Shown: positions 1-10,823 of the stretch, piece after piece
How positions within the stretch are numbered: the stretch's first letter is position 1
Layout of the letters: each line of letters begins with the position of its first letter
Assembly (NCBI GenBank): GCA_902493275.1
Contig: CABUOQ010000003.1
Coordinates: 17,278 to 81,277 of the forward strand
Length of the DNA: 64,000 bases
Direction of reading: 5' to 3'
DNA from: an uncultured Bacillota bacterium
GTDB lineage: Bacteria > Bacillota_I > Bacilli_A > RFN20 > CAG-449
Notes under the pieces: generated by a model
Database searches by the model: none
What the model saw: only the letters and a program-made list of their open reading frames with translations
Told to the model about the DNA's origin: nothing
Position numbers and translations under genes: made by a program

Positions 1-2
1 TT

Positions 3-599
3 CATGGAAATTATTTAGTAGAATTGAATGAAGATGGAACAGCTTTGTTTAATGGTAATGAATATCAAGATGAACATAAAGTTCTAATTGCAGGAATACC
101 ATTAACTTCATTTAATAATTCATACTATGAAGGAGGCTATATTATTAAAAGAAATGGATATTACTATTTCTTTGGTAGCGCTGGAAGTTGTTGTGAACAA
201 CAAAAATCATCTTATCGAGTTTATTGTGGAAAAAGTGAATCTGTTGCAGGACCTTATCTTGCTCCAGATGGAAAGCCCTTGACTGGAAATAACTTTGGTA
301 ATACTAAAGGAAAATTAGTTTTATGGGCTGGCACAGATAATGATAAGTCTGTTGCGGGACCGGGGCATAATTCCATAATATGTGATGATGCAGGCGATTA
401 TTGGATGATATATCATGCTTATTGTGATTATGATGATTTTGCAACAAGGCATTTATTTATGGACAAATTATCATGGGACGATGATGAATTTCCATATGTA
501 AGTTATTCATATTTAGATGAAGAAACTAACGAAACAAAAGTAGTTAATCTAAAACCATCGTATAACATAATTATTGATGGCCCAAGATTTATTATATAA
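3..599 (+). CDS. Glycoside hydrolase family 43, C-terminal part (gene starts upstream of window)
   Basis: Reading frame of ORF 24..599 is open to the window edge. GH43-like beta-propeller segment (GPGHNSIICDDAGDYWMIYHAY). Paralogous to the downstream GH43 genes. Confidence 0.55.
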   Translation, partial: HGNYLVELNEDGTALFNGNEYQDEHKVLIAGIPLTSFNNSYYEGGYIIKRNGYYYFFGSAGSCCEQQKSSYRVYCGKSESVAGPYLAPDGKPLTGNNFGNTKGKLVLWAGTDNDKSVAGPGHNSIICDDAGDYWMIYHAYCDYDDFATRHLFMDKLSWDDDEFPYVSYSYLDEETNETKVVNLKPSYNIIIDGPRFII

Positions 600-611
600 A
601 AAGGAGAAACT

Positions 612-2354
612 ATGAAAACTAAAATTAAATTATTAGCTTTAGGATTAATTTGTATTTTAACCGGATGTGCAAGTAATAACTCATCATCTAGTCAAAGTAT
701 CATATCTTCAAGCTCATCTTCCTCATCTTCATCTTCGTCCTTATCTTCAATTGAAGAAAGAAGCGATGTAGCTGAAGAAGATCAAGTAAAACCAAGCGAA
801 ACATCTTTAACTTATACCGATCACTCATTAGAAGGAGAAAATCCAGACTTTAATGAAGTAAAATGGTATCGAAACGATTTAAAAGATATTCCTTTACCAG
901 ATCCATTCGTTTTACCAGTAGATGATACTTATTATATTTATGGAACCACAGATAGAACGGGATCAAAAACTTTAGATTGCTATGAAACTAAAGATTTTAA
1001 TAATTTTAAACTCTATATGAATATTGATTATCAAGATCCTAATTCTTGGGGAAAAAAAACAATGTTTGCACCAGAAGTTTATGTCTTTGATGATGTTTAT
1101 TATCTATATTATAGTGATGTATCTAAAGTAAATAATAGACGTTATATTCATGTTATGACTTCTGATAGTCCAACTGGACCATTTACAGAATATCAAGGTA
1201 AAAATTATTATGGTGAAGATATTGATGGATTAAAGAACCCAATCTTTACTCACAATGATTCTATTGGATTAGATGTTCTTGATCAAACATTATTTGTTGA
1301 TGATGATGGACAAATATATATGTATTATTCTGTTTATCACACTAGTGTTATGCAATATATTGTTGGATTTGAAATGTTAGATCCAGTTACTCCAAATTAT
1401 GACACATATAAAATTTTAGTTAGACCAGGTGAACTAACACCTCAAACAACTAAAATGAATACTCTTAGCTGGGAAGCATATACTTCTTTCAAGGTTGCAG
1501 AAGGACCTTTCCTACTTAAATCACCAGTTAACGGTAAATATTATATGACATATTCAGTTAACCATTATCCAAATCGTTATTATACTGTTTGTTATGCTGA
1601 AAGTGATACACCATTAGGAGATTATGAAAAACCTTATACTAAAGGTGGCAACTGGACCAATTTATTATTTGGATATGCTGGAGGAATGGCTGGAACAACT
1701 GTATTTGATCAATGGGAAGGATTTATGTCCGGAACAGCTCACCATTGCTTCTTTAAAATTGGTGACCAATATATGATAGGTTATCACGCGCATAGAAATA
1801 GAAATAATTCAGATAACGGAAGAATGTTTGGTATGGATTATTTATTCTTTGATGAAGAAGGGGTTCCATATTGCCATGGACCAACCTATTCTATTCAACC
1901 ATTACCTAGTGCAATCAGTGGATATGAAAATATTGCTTTGAATGCTAAGGTAAAATCAACTAACGTTGAACATCCTGAAAGAATTAATGATAATTATATT
2001 GTTGAGCATTATAATTTAAAGCAAGAACAAGATAGAGAAGTTATTCTTAATGAAGGTAAATCATTTATCGAATTAGACTTTGATAAAGAGTATTTAGTTG
2101 GTGGAATTAGTATCTACAATAGTGCATTCTATGAATATGCTTTAAGCGAAATAGATTTTATTAATTTCTATGATGGCAACGTAATATTAAATGGTGGTTT
2201 CTGCTATAATTATATCAATGAAGAAAAAGACTTCATCTTTCCAGGAAGTGCTTTTACATTTGATTTCAGTGATATAAAAGCCACTAGAGTTGTCATTGGA
2301 TTTAATACAAGTTCTGTGACACAAATTAATGAAATTAAGGTTTTAGGTAATTAA
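612..2354 (+). CDS. Lipoprotein, GH43 family glycoside hydrolase with C-terminal beta-sandwich (carbohydrate-binding-like) domain
   Basis: Signal peptide plus lipobox (ILTGC) followed by a Ser-rich linker. GH43 N-terminal motif DPFVLPVDDTYYIYGTT. RBS AAGGAGA upstream. Confidence 0.7.
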   Translation: MKTKIKLLALGLICILTGCASNNSSSSQSIISSSSSSSSSSSSLSSIEERSDVAEEDQVKPSETSLTYTDHSLEGENPDFNEVKWYRNDLKDIPLPDPFVLPVDDTYYIYGTTDRTGSKTLDCYETKDFNNFKLYMNIDYQDPNSWGKKTMFAPEVYVFDDVYYLYYSDVSKVNNRRYIHVMTSDSPTGPFTEYQGKNYYGEDIDGLKNPIFTHNDSIGLDVLDQTLFVDDDGQIYMYYSVYHTSVMQYIVGFEMLDPVTPNYDTYKILVRPGELTPQTTKMNTLSWEAYTSFKVAEGPFLLKSPVNGKYYMTYSVNHYPNRYYTVCYAESDTPLGDYEKPYTKGGNWTNLLFGYAGGMAGTTVFDQWEGFMSGTAHHCFFKIGDQYMIGYHAHRNRNNSDNGRMFGMDYLFFDEEGVPYCHGPTYSIQPLPSAISGYENIALNAKVKSTNVEHPERINDNYIVEHYNLKQEQDREVILNEGKSFIELDFDKEYLVGGISIYNSAFYEYALSEIDFINFYDGNVILNGGFCYNYINEEKDFIFPGSAFTFDFSDIKATRVVIGFNTSSVTQINEIKVLGN

Positions 2355-2356
2355 CT

Positions 2357-4870
2357 ATGAAAAGAAAAAATACATTATTTATTGTTTCACTTGTTAGTTT
2401 ACTTTCTGCTTGCTCATTTAATGGTAATAGTTCTTTATCGAGTTCTACTAGCAATAATCAAAGTGAGTCAGTTCAAAGTTCAAGTGTAAGCAGCGTAATT
2501 GATAAAGATCACTATGAAGAACAAGAACCTGTACTAGCACCAGATAGTGATTTGGCAACATTTGATGAGTTGCCATATGTTTATGATAACAAGATAAAAA
2601 TGCAAGGTGGTCAAGAGGTTCCAGATCCTTTTGTGTATCGTTTTAATGGACATTATTATCTATATCCAACTACTGGCGGAGGTGCAGTAAAAGCATTTAA
2701 GTCAGATGACTTATTTAATTGGGAATCTATTGGTAATGTTTATGAATATAGATCCGATGGCTCTGCCGCGCCAGATTCACAAACACCATTCGCTCCAGAA
2801 GTAACATATTTTAATGGTATGTTCTATATGATTGCTTCACCAAGCGGAAATGGTCACTATGTATTTTCTAGTGAATCACCAGAAGGTCCTTTCACTTGCA
2901 TTAGTGAAAATATTGGTCATAACATCGATGGAAGTTTCTTTATTGATGGTAATGAAGATATTTATCTTTTTGGCGCAAGCAATGGATCAATTAAAGCTTA
3001 TAAATTAGATGATGATATGCATACTTTCCTTGAAGATGATAGTGGCACAGAATTATCAGCTGCATTAAGCACTTGCCGTGTTGGTGGCTGGAATGAAGGT
3101 CCTTATATGCTTCAAAGAAATGGTAGTTACTATATGACATATTGTGGAACGCATTATCTCTCTAAAGATTATCGTATTGATTATGCTTATTGTAAAGAAG
3201 GTAGCGACGTCTTTAAAGATAGTAGCTACACTCGAGAAGATACAATAGCTATTTCTACTGAAGATAGTTTTAATGGCTTAGGACACTCATCAACAGTATT
3301 AGGTCCAGATATGGATAGTTATTATTTGGTTTACCATAACTTGGAACCATCAACATCAAGATACTTGAACCTTTCAAGATTATCATTTAATGGTTCAATG
3401 ATGGTAGCTAATGATGTTAAAGAGAAAAATTTAGTTGGAACAGATTTACCACCTTTTTATTCTTATGATATAAGTGAAGGCTATGATTCTGTAGGAAATT
3501 ATTATTTATCACCATTTGGTAGTGAAGAATCATTCACTGTTGAATTTAATGTCGCTGGTGAAGGAAAAATGATATTCTCTTATGTTGATGAAAGCAACTA
3601 TTCTTATATGGAATATGTGAATAATGCTATTACTATAAATAAAGTTATAGACGGAAATAAATCTGAAAAATATAAAGTTGAATTAATTAAAGAATATGAT
3701 AATTCAGTTATGCATACATTCCGTTTACAATATCATAAAGGAAAAATGAATATCTACTTCGATAACATGGAAAAAGCTTATGGCATTGATGCTTACTTTG
3801 TTGGTGGTAAGATGGGTTATGAAATTAATAACAATTTCATTGAAATCGGTTATACAGCTTATTCTAATGTAGCATTAGGTAGTTCAGATTCAAAAGCATA
3901 TAATAGCAAAATATCTCTTGCAAATGCTTATGATGAAAAACTTTCATATTTAACAGGTGATTCTAGATTACAAGTATGTGAGAGTAAATCTTTTGTTCAA
4001 GAAGATAATTATGATCTTGTTATCGCTAATGAAAACGATCGTGCTACATATCGTGTCTATGAAGAAGAAGGAGATTATACTATTGAGATGCGTATGCCTT
4101 CTTCAAATGTCGGTAAGACAATTGGCGTTAGAGTGGACGATGGTGATATTCAAAAATTCACAATTACGGCTGATGGACCTTCTATCTATAAAAAAGGCGA
4201 TATGAAAGTTTCAATCGGAAGTATTTATTTAACAGAAGGCCAACACAATATTTCAATTTATAATGTTGGTGATGAAATTTCATTTAGTGAAATATTCTAT
4301 GTATTAAATGATACAGAAGCAGAATTCGGTGCAGTATTTGATGAATCATTTACTACAGATGAATGTCGTGTAAGAAACTCATTAAATTTGAATAAAAATG
4401 GTATTAATTCAGATAATCAGGAATCATGTGGTATCATAACAAAAGCTAAATTTAGAAATGCCACTGTAGAATCTGAAATTAATTTAAAATCAATCAATGA
4501 CTTCGGTTATGTTTCAGTCTTATTAAATGTCTCTGATTATAATAAAAAATATAATGGTGATGCTGATGGAGCTGAAAGTCTTAATTGTTACCGTGGATAT
4601 CAATTTAGAATTGATGGCAATATGGCATATTTGATTTATACTGATTTTAATTTTTCAAAGACATTGAAACAAGTAGCATTATCAAATTTTGCAATGAATA
4701 CTTATGTAACTTTAAAAATTACTCAAGAAAACAATAAATATACATGCTATATCGACGATGAAGAGATTATAAGTGTTGTATATAATATTGGTAATTTATA
4801 TGGAAATATTGGTGTTATCGCTTCAAGATGCGATGCTACTATATCTTCACTTTTTGCTTATTGCGAATAA
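2357..4870 (+). CDS. Lipoprotein, GH43 glycoside hydrolase with long C-terminal carbohydrate-binding-module-like region
   Basis: Lipobox LLSAC and Ser-rich linker. GH43 motifs (DPFVYRFNGHYYLYPTTGG, FAPEV). About 500 aa of additional beta-sandwich-like sequence. Confidence 0.65.
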   Translation: MKRKNTLFIVSLVSLLSACSFNGNSSLSSSTSNNQSESVQSSSVSSVIDKDHYEEQEPVLAPDSDLATFDELPYVYDNKIKMQGGQEVPDPFVYRFNGHYYLYPTTGGGAVKAFKSDDLFNWESIGNVYEYRSDGSAAPDSQTPFAPEVTYFNGMFYMIASPSGNGHYVFSSESPEGPFTCISENIGHNIDGSFFIDGNEDIYLFGASNGSIKAYKLDDDMHTFLEDDSGTELSAALSTCRVGGWNEGPYMLQRNGSYYMTYCGTHYLSKDYRIDYAYCKEGSDVFKDSSYTREDTIAISTEDSFNGLGHSSTVLGPDMDSYYLVYHNLEPSTSRYLNLSRLSFNGSMMVANDVKEKNLVGTDLPPFYSYDISEGYDSVGNYYLSPFGSEESFTVEFNVAGEGKMIFSYVDESNYSYMEYVNNAITINKVIDGNKSEKYKVELIKEYDNSVMHTFRLQYHKGKMNIYFDNMEKAYGIDAYFVGGKMGYEINNNFIEIGYTAYSNVALGSSDSKAYNSKISLANAYDEKLSYLTGDSRLQVCESKSFVQEDNYDLVIANENDRATYRVYEEEGDYTIEMRMPSSNVGKTIGVRVDDGDIQKFTITADGPSIYKKGDMKVSIGSIYLTEGQHNISIYNVGDEISFSEIFYVLNDTEAEFGAVFDESFTTDECRVRNSLNLNKNGINSDNQESCGIITKAKFRNATVESEINLKSINDFGYVSVLLNVSDYNKKYNGDADGAESLNCYRGYQFRIDGNMAYLIYTDFNFSKTLKQVALSNFAMNTYVTLKITQENNKYTCYIDDEEIISVVYNIGNLYGNIGVIASRCDATISSLFAYCE

Positions 4871-4886
4871 GTTATAAATAAAAAAT

Positions 4887-4910
4887 AAGGAGAGCCAATA
4901 ACTCTCCTTA
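4887..4910 (+). terminator. Possible terminator hairpin (AAGGAGAG-n8-CTCTCCTT) after the GH43 gene. Weak T-tract.
   Basis: Inverted repeat seen directly in the sequence. Confidence 0.35.
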
Positions 4911-4930
4911 TTAAAATAAAGGAAAAAAAT

Positions 4931-7114
4931 ATGATTAAATATGATGAAAAAAATAAAATCTTTCACTTAACCAATAATAGCATTTCGTATTACCTGTATT
5001 TAAATGATGCAGGCTATTTGGAAACATTATATTTTGGACAATATTTAAGTGAAATCTTTACTTCAGACGGAATTAGAAAAGCTTATGTAGATAATAATGC
5101 CACTGAATATTTTTCTTTCAAAGACCAAAAAGAATGCACATATACTGATAATTTTAAAAGTACATACGCTTTGTTAGAAATGTCATCTCATGGATTAAAT
5201 GATAAGCGTGGAGCACCGGTTGTATTAAAATATAATAATGGCTCAACTGTTACAAATTTTAAATATGTTAATCATGAAATCTATAAGGGAATAAAACCAT
5301 TATCTAACTTGCCACATGCTTTGAATCATGATGATTGTGAGACGCTAGAGATTTTATTAAAAGAAAAATATCATGATATATTTTGTAAGTTCTATTTAAC
5401 TATTTATCTTGATAAAGATATTGTTGTAAAAAATTTTGAAATTATCAACAAATCAGATGAGACAGTCTTCATTCAAAAAGCATTCTCTATGCAATTAGAT
5501 TTGAATAATGTCGATTATCGTTTTGTGCATTTTAGAGGTTGCTGGGCAAAGGAAAGAGATTATATCATCAATGATGTTCATGATGGAATTCAAGAGGTTG
5601 CATCTAATTTTGGTCGTTCTTCCCATGATGAAAATCCTTTTGTGTATTTACAAAAAAAAGATGCTTCAAATGAATGTGGAGAAGTTATTGGTTTTAATTT
5701 AATCTATAGTGGTAATTTTAAGTTTAGAATGTTTAATAGTTATTTTCATAATTTACATATTACTTATGGAATTAATGATGAAGATTTCTTATGGAATTTA
5801 GGACCTAATGAAAGTTTTGTTACCCCTCAAGCAGTGATTTCTTATTCATATCAAGGTGTAGATAAAATGTCACAAAACTTCCATAGATTTATTAAAGAAG
5901 ATTTAATAACTTATGAAAAAGATAAGGGCTATAAACCAGTCTTATTTAATTCATGGGAAGGTTGTTATTTTGATTTCACTACAGAATCAATTATTTCATA
6001 TATTGATGATTCTAAAAAAATTAATGCTGAATTATTTGTTCTTGATGATGGATGGTTTGGTAGAAGAAATGACGATTTTGATGGGCTAGGGGATTGGTGG
6101 ATTAACACTAAGAAAATTGATTTAAGCAAGGTTATCAAACATTGTCATGATAACAATATGAAATTTGGCATTTGGTTTGAACCAGAGATGGTTAATCCTA
6201 AGAGTGACCTTTTCTTAAATAATCCATCTTATATTCTAGGTGAATCAAATCAAGATTTAACTATTCATCGTCATCAATTCCATCTAGATTTTTCTAATAA
6301 AGAAGTAGTCGATAATATCTATAGACAAATGGTGGATATTTTAGATAAATATCAAATAGATTATATCAAATGGGATTATAATCGCACTGTTAGTGAATCT
6401 TTTTCTCAGTGTTATGATGCTTCTCATCAAGGTGAAATATATCATCGTCTCGTGTTAGGCTATTATGATTTAATTTCACGATTAAGAGAGCGCTATCCTC
6501 ATATCATGTTTGAAGGATGTGCTTCTGGTGGTGGAAGATTTGATATGGGAACATTGTTTTATTGTCCTCAAATTTGGTGCAGTGATGAATCTGATCCAAT
6601 TCAAAGAATATTCATTCAATACAATACTTCATTAGGATATCCATTATCAACTATAGGCTCACACGCTAATGCTAATCCAATAACATCTTATAAAACTAAA
6701 GCAAGTATCGCATTGTTTGGAAGCTATGGATATGAAATGAATCCTAATAAACTAACAAAGACAGAAATTGATGAACTTGTTGAAATAGCATCTATTTATA
6801 AAAAATATCATCAAGAGGTTATTTGTAATGGTACTTTATATCATATATTATCACCAGTGACAACAAACTTCATTTGTATGATGAGTGTTAGCCAAAAGAA
6901 AGATAAAGCTTTAATTTTATTGATGAATAAATTAAAAGAAACTGATCAATATCGTTTCATAAAACTAAAAGGATTAGATGAAAAGAAGAAATATATTAAT
7001 AATTTTGACAATCGAATTTATACAGGTGAATACTTGATGAAAGTGGGGTTAAACTTTACATTTGATTGGTTTGACGAATTTAAGTGCCGATTAATTGAAA
7101 TAAATGAGATATAA
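4931..7114 (+). CDS. Alpha-galactosidase, GH36 family
   Basis: Hallmark GH36 motif LDDGWFGRRNDDFDGLGDW and catalytic-region KWDYNR. 727 aa, typical of AgaA/melibiase-type enzymes. No signal peptide. Confidence 0.8.
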   Translation: MIKYDEKNKIFHLTNNSISYYLYLNDAGYLETLYFGQYLSEIFTSDGIRKAYVDNNATEYFSFKDQKECTYTDNFKSTYALLEMSSHGLNDKRGAPVVLKYNNGSTVTNFKYVNHEIYKGIKPLSNLPHALNHDDCETLEILLKEKYHDIFCKFYLTIYLDKDIVVKNFEIINKSDETVFIQKAFSMQLDLNNVDYRFVHFRGCWAKERDYIINDVHDGIQEVASNFGRSSHDENPFVYLQKKDASNECGEVIGFNLIYSGNFKFRMFNSYFHNLHITYGINDEDFLWNLGPNESFVTPQAVISYSYQGVDKMSQNFHRFIKEDLITYEKDKGYKPVLFNSWEGCYFDFTTESIISYIDDSKKINAELFVLDDGWFGRRNDDFDGLGDWWINTKKIDLSKVIKHCHDNNMKFGIWFEPEMVNPKSDLFLNNPSYILGESNQDLTIHRHQFHLDFSNKEVVDNIYRQMVDILDKYQIDYIKWDYNRTVSESFSQCYDASHQGEIYHRLVLGYYDLISRLRERYPHIMFEGCASGGGRFDMGTLFYCPQIWCSDESDPIQRIFIQYNTSLGYPLSTIGSHANANPITSYKTKASIALFGSYGYEMNPNKLTKTEIDELVEIASIYKKYHQEVICNGTLYHILSPVTTNFICMMSVSQKKDKALILLMNKLKETDQYRFIKLKGLDEKKKYINNFDNRIYTGEYLMKVGLNFTFDWFDEFKCRLIEINEI

Positions 7115-7153
7115 TATACATTAATTTTATTGTGATTTTAACTAAAAACAATT

Positions 7154-7178
7154 AAAAAAAGCCTATTTATAGGCGTTT
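7154..7178 (+). terminator. Rho-independent terminator-like hairpin (GCCTAT-tt-ATAGGC) with flanking A/T runs
   Basis: Inverted repeat downstream of the GH36 stop codon. Confidence 0.45.
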
Positions 7179-7295
7179 AAGTAACCGCTTACAGCAAAAT
7201 GTTTAGCGCATATAAATAGTGCCTAAGATTGATTTTATGCCTAATTTAAGGTTAAATATATATGTAGTAACATATTAATAAAGGAGTAAAAAAAT

Positions 7296-9173
7296 ATGAA
7301 AAAAAATTTAGCAGTACTCGTATTATCATCACTTACTTTACTCGTTGCTTGTAATAATGGAGGTACATCTTCTACTAGTCAAAGTAGCAGTAGTTCTTTA
7401 GAAAGTAGCACTGTTGAAAGTTCAGTGTCAGAAAGTTCTTCAGAAGAAAAAGTGTGTATTGAAGATAATAAAGTACATTTGATTATTCTTACTGGACAAA
7501 GTGGAGCCAGAGGAAAAGCTGTTAATTCAGATCTTACAGATGAACAAAAAGAAGAAAACCTTGATGTTGATATTTGTGCTGATGGTCTAGATATGCCTAG
7601 ACTTAACAAAATTCCAGAGACATTATCAGCTCAAGCAGTATTAAAAGCTTTAAAACCTGGATTTGGTGATAATTCTTCTGAATTTGGACCTGAGCTTGGT
7701 ATGGGTGAAACATTAGCAAGCCGCTTCCCTAGAAATGGAGAATCTAGAAAGTCAGTAATTGTTAAATATACTGCTTGTGGTTCAACATTTCTTAATCATT
7801 GGTATTCAGAATCAGCTATAGATGATGTTGAAATCTGTGATAAACTTGATTTAGAACAAATAAGATCATATGAAGCAACTGACAAAGAAACCGGTGAAGT
7901 TGTTGAAAAATCAACTGGACCATTAACAAATAATTTATATCAATTAATTGATTCAACAATTGCTCAACTTGCTGATGAAGGATTTGAAACAGTAATTGAT
8001 GGTGCAATTTTTGTTCATGGTGAACAAGATGCAAAATTCGATGACAACATGGATATTTTTGAAAAATCAATGGAATATTTCATTAAAGATTTACGTAATT
8101 ATGTTGGAAATGAAGAAATGCCATTTATCGTTACCGAAGCTTTGACAAATAGCGCTAAGTATTCAAATAGATTAAGAGAGATTCAAAGAGGAATTACCGA
8201 AAAAGTTGATCACACTTCTTTTGTCTCGACAACAGATCTATATACAAACACATTTGAACCATGGCACTTTGGAACCGAGAGTAATTTCATTTTAGGCAAT
8301 CGTGCTGCTGCTGAACTTATTTCTTATAATGATAATCGTAAAGTTGTTTCATTTGAAGAAAAAGAAATTAATGTTCCATTAAATGCTGAAGTAGCTTTAC
8401 CAAAATACTTAAAAGCAACATTTGATAATGAATATGAAGGATATGTTAAGATTGATTATACTTCAGAATATGATAGAACAAAATTAGGTGTTCAAGAAGT
8501 TTCATTCAAAGCTGAAACCAATTGCGGAACATATAATGGTAAATTAAAGGTTAATGTAACTACTGAACCATTTGTTGATGGTGTCTTAAATGAATATGCA
8601 ACAACTAAAAAGAATACTAGTGAAGGCATTGGTGATATTTATGTCACTAAAGGAGAAAATGGTTTATATGTAAGTGCAAAAATCAATGATAAAGATTTAT
8701 GGACTGATGGTGAATCATGGCACACAGGTGATATGGGACAAAAAGACGCTAATGATGATTTTAGAATCTACATTGCTACCGATGACGCTGATGCAAGATA
8801 TACCGCTTGCTTAAGCGCAGCAAATCTTTTAAGAATGTATGCTGATGGAACAACCTTGACCGATGCTGGATTACCAAAGAAAAATTTGGTTTATACAAAA
8901 ATGTTAGGGGAATATAAATATCATGTAACTACTCATGGAATAGTCAATGTTGAAGATGGCGAAGCTTCTAATGGTATGGATTTAGAACTCTATTTACCTT
9001 ATGAAGATATTGGTGTTGATGATCCAGATACCATCAAGTTGTGCTTTAACTACAACAATGTTACCTCAACATCTGGTAAAAAGACTAACGAAGATCATTA
9101 CTTCGCTAAAAATGCTGTAGCTAATGCTGAAACAGATATTAATAATTACTTCTCTATAAGTGAATTAATTTAA
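7296..9173 (+). CDS. Lipoprotein, SASA/SGNH-type carbohydrate O-acetylesterase with C-terminal carbohydrate-binding-like domain
   Basis: Lipobox LLVAC and Ser-rich linker. SASA-domain motifs LTGQSGARG (GQSN-like) and FVHGEQDA (QGExD-like). Confidence 0.55.
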   Translation: MKKNLAVLVLSSLTLLVACNNGGTSSTSQSSSSSLESSTVESSVSESSSEEKVCIEDNKVHLIILTGQSGARGKAVNSDLTDEQKEENLDVDICADGLDMPRLNKIPETLSAQAVLKALKPGFGDNSSEFGPELGMGETLASRFPRNGESRKSVIVKYTACGSTFLNHWYSESAIDDVEICDKLDLEQIRSYEATDKETGEVVEKSTGPLTNNLYQLIDSTIAQLADEGFETVIDGAIFVHGEQDAKFDDNMDIFEKSMEYFIKDLRNYVGNEEMPFIVTEALTNSAKYSNRLREIQRGITEKVDHTSFVSTTDLYTNTFEPWHFGTESNFILGNRAAAELISYNDNRKVVSFEEKEINVPLNAEVALPKYLKATFDNEYEGYVKIDYTSEYDRTKLGVQEVSFKAETNCGTYNGKLKVNVTTEPFVDGVLNEYATTKKNTSEGIGDIYVTKGENGLYVSAKINDKDLWTDGESWHTGDMGQKDANDDFRIYIATDDADARYTACLSAANLLRMYADGTTLTDAGLPKKNLVYTKMLGEYKYHVTTHGIVNVEDGEASNGMDLELYLPYEDIGVDDPDTIKLCFNYNNVTSTSGKKTNEDHYFAKNAVANAETDINNYFSISELI

Positions 9174-9190
9174 GTTTATAAGGAGTCTAT

Positions 9191-10369
9191 ATGAACGTAT
9201 TAGGTGCGGATCCATATATTCTTTTTGATGAAAAAAGTGGCTATTATTATTGCTATGCAACAAGTAATAGTAGTGAAGAAGGACAATTTTATATTTATAA
9301 ATCGACAGATTTAATTAATTGGAAATTTGTCGGTTATGCTTTAAATACTAAGATTAATAGTTGGGCTAAGGATTGGTTCTGGGCTCCAGAATGTTATTTT
9401 AATCCTAATAATGGTTATTACTATCTTTTCTATAGTGCGGTTTTAAAAGACGAGTTAGTCGAACATTATTTTGCTAATCCAAATTATATCGAAAGCGCTA
9501 AAATTGGTGTGGCGGTAAGCAAATCGCCAGAAGGACCATTTATCAATATCAATGATCGACCAATGGATTATTATCCATATGATCCAGAATATTATGATAT
9601 TGATTGCATTTTTAAAAATGTCTTTGCTAAAGAAGTGACTCTACAAGAGGGTTTAAAGGCCCCTAGAGGAACATATTTATCATCAATTGATGTTAATCTA
9701 TTCTTTGATAAAAATAAAATCTTTATGTATTATTCTCGTTGCTGCTATCATAATTGTGTCTACGATAAAGAATTAAAAAAATATATCGAGGAGAGCAATA
9801 TTTTAGGAGTTGAATTAAATACTGAATGGTGGTTTGATAAAAACGCTTCTATGATGCCGACAATTAAAAATGAATTTATTGGATTTAATAAAGAAAAAAA
9901 TAGAAGAGAAGATAAGTTTGTTAACATAATTAATTATCAAAGCCAACCACAAAAATGGGAAAATGGTCATGTATATGATTATGAAACCTTTTCTAAAAGA
10001 AATCGTCGATGGTCAGAGGGAAGTACAACTTTCAAAAGAATCATCGATGGTAAAGAGAAATATTGTATAACTTATTCTTGCAACAATTTTGAAAATGCTT
10101 TATATGGAGTTGGTATTGCTTTTGGAGATGAACCTTTAGGCAAATATACAAAGTATGAGCAAAACCCTATTATTCATCAAATTAGTGAGCAATCTCTTTA
10201 TTCTACAGGACATGGTACAATCATAGAAAAAGATGGTAATACTTATTATTTCTTCCATGGTCGTGATTCAATAGAAAAAGATAGAACCCTTTATATTGGA
10301 AAACTAGATATTAATAGTCTTGATGATATTAAAGTTAGTGATATTATTCATTGTAAGTTAATTAAATAA
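9191..10369 (+). CDS. GH43 family glycoside hydrolase (cytoplasmic, no signal peptide)
   Basis: N-terminal GH43 motif DPYILFDEKSGYYYCYATS. Propeller-like repeats. 392 aa. Confidence 0.65.
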   Translation: MNVLGADPYILFDEKSGYYYCYATSNSSEEGQFYIYKSTDLINWKFVGYALNTKINSWAKDWFWAPECYFNPNNGYYYLFYSAVLKDELVEHYFANPNYIESAKIGVAVSKSPEGPFININDRPMDYYPYDPEYYDIDCIFKNVFAKEVTLQEGLKAPRGTYLSSIDVNLFFDKNKIFMYYSRCCYHNCVYDKELKKYIEESNILGVELNTEWWFDKNASMMPTIKNEFIGFNKEKNRREDKFVNIINYQSQPQKWENGHVYDYETFSKRNRRWSEGSTTFKRIIDGKEKYCITYSCNNFENALYGVGIAFGDEPLGKYTKYEQNPIIHQISEQSLYSTGHGTIIEKDGNTYYFFHGRDSIEKDRTLYIGKLDINSLDDIKVSDIIHCKLIK

Positions 10370-10378
10370 TTATTTAAG

Positions 10379-10420
10379 AACTTAAAAGATGTCAATTATA
10401 GCGTCTTTTAAGTTTTTTTA
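10379..10420 (+). terminator. Rho-independent terminator (11-bp stem AACTTAAAAGA/TCTTTTAAGTT followed by a T-run)
   Basis: Perfect inverted repeat followed by TTTTTT immediately after the GH43 stop. Confidence 0.7.
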
Positions 10421-10540
10421 TGTAAAAAATAGCTAAATATTGTTTTTTTCATAATATATTAATTTATACTTCTTTTATTATTTTACTTTTTCGTTTACAA
10501 TATATAAGTAGAATACTTTTTCTACAAAAGCGAGGAGAAA

Positions 10541-10807
10541 ATGAAAAAAAGTAAAATTTTATTTGCACTTTTATTAACTAGTGCGGCGTTAGTCTCGTGT
10601 GGAGCTAACAAAACAGAAGTATCATTTGCTAAGGCAAAAGAAATTGCTACCGAAAATAGCAAAAAAGAAATCACCTACACAAGCGCTACTGTTACAACAA
10701 AATACACAAAATTTGATTTGACCATTCCTGAAAGCGTTCTAGCTCTCTTAGGTAAAACACAAGAAGAGTTTAAACAAGAAATGTTAAGTAGCCAAGGAAT
10801 TAAATAA
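10541..10807 (+). CDS. Small lipoprotein (88 aa), possibly the 5' part of a frameshifted gene
   Basis: Signal peptide and lipobox LVSC. Its stop lies 17 nt before the next ORF, which is in another frame. Confidence 0.4.
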   Translation: MKKSKILFALLLTSAALVSCGANKTEVSFAKAKEIATENSKKEITYTSATVTTKYTKFDLTIPESVLALLGKTQEEFKQEMLSSQGIK

Positions 10808-10823
10808 AGAAACAAAACAAGAA

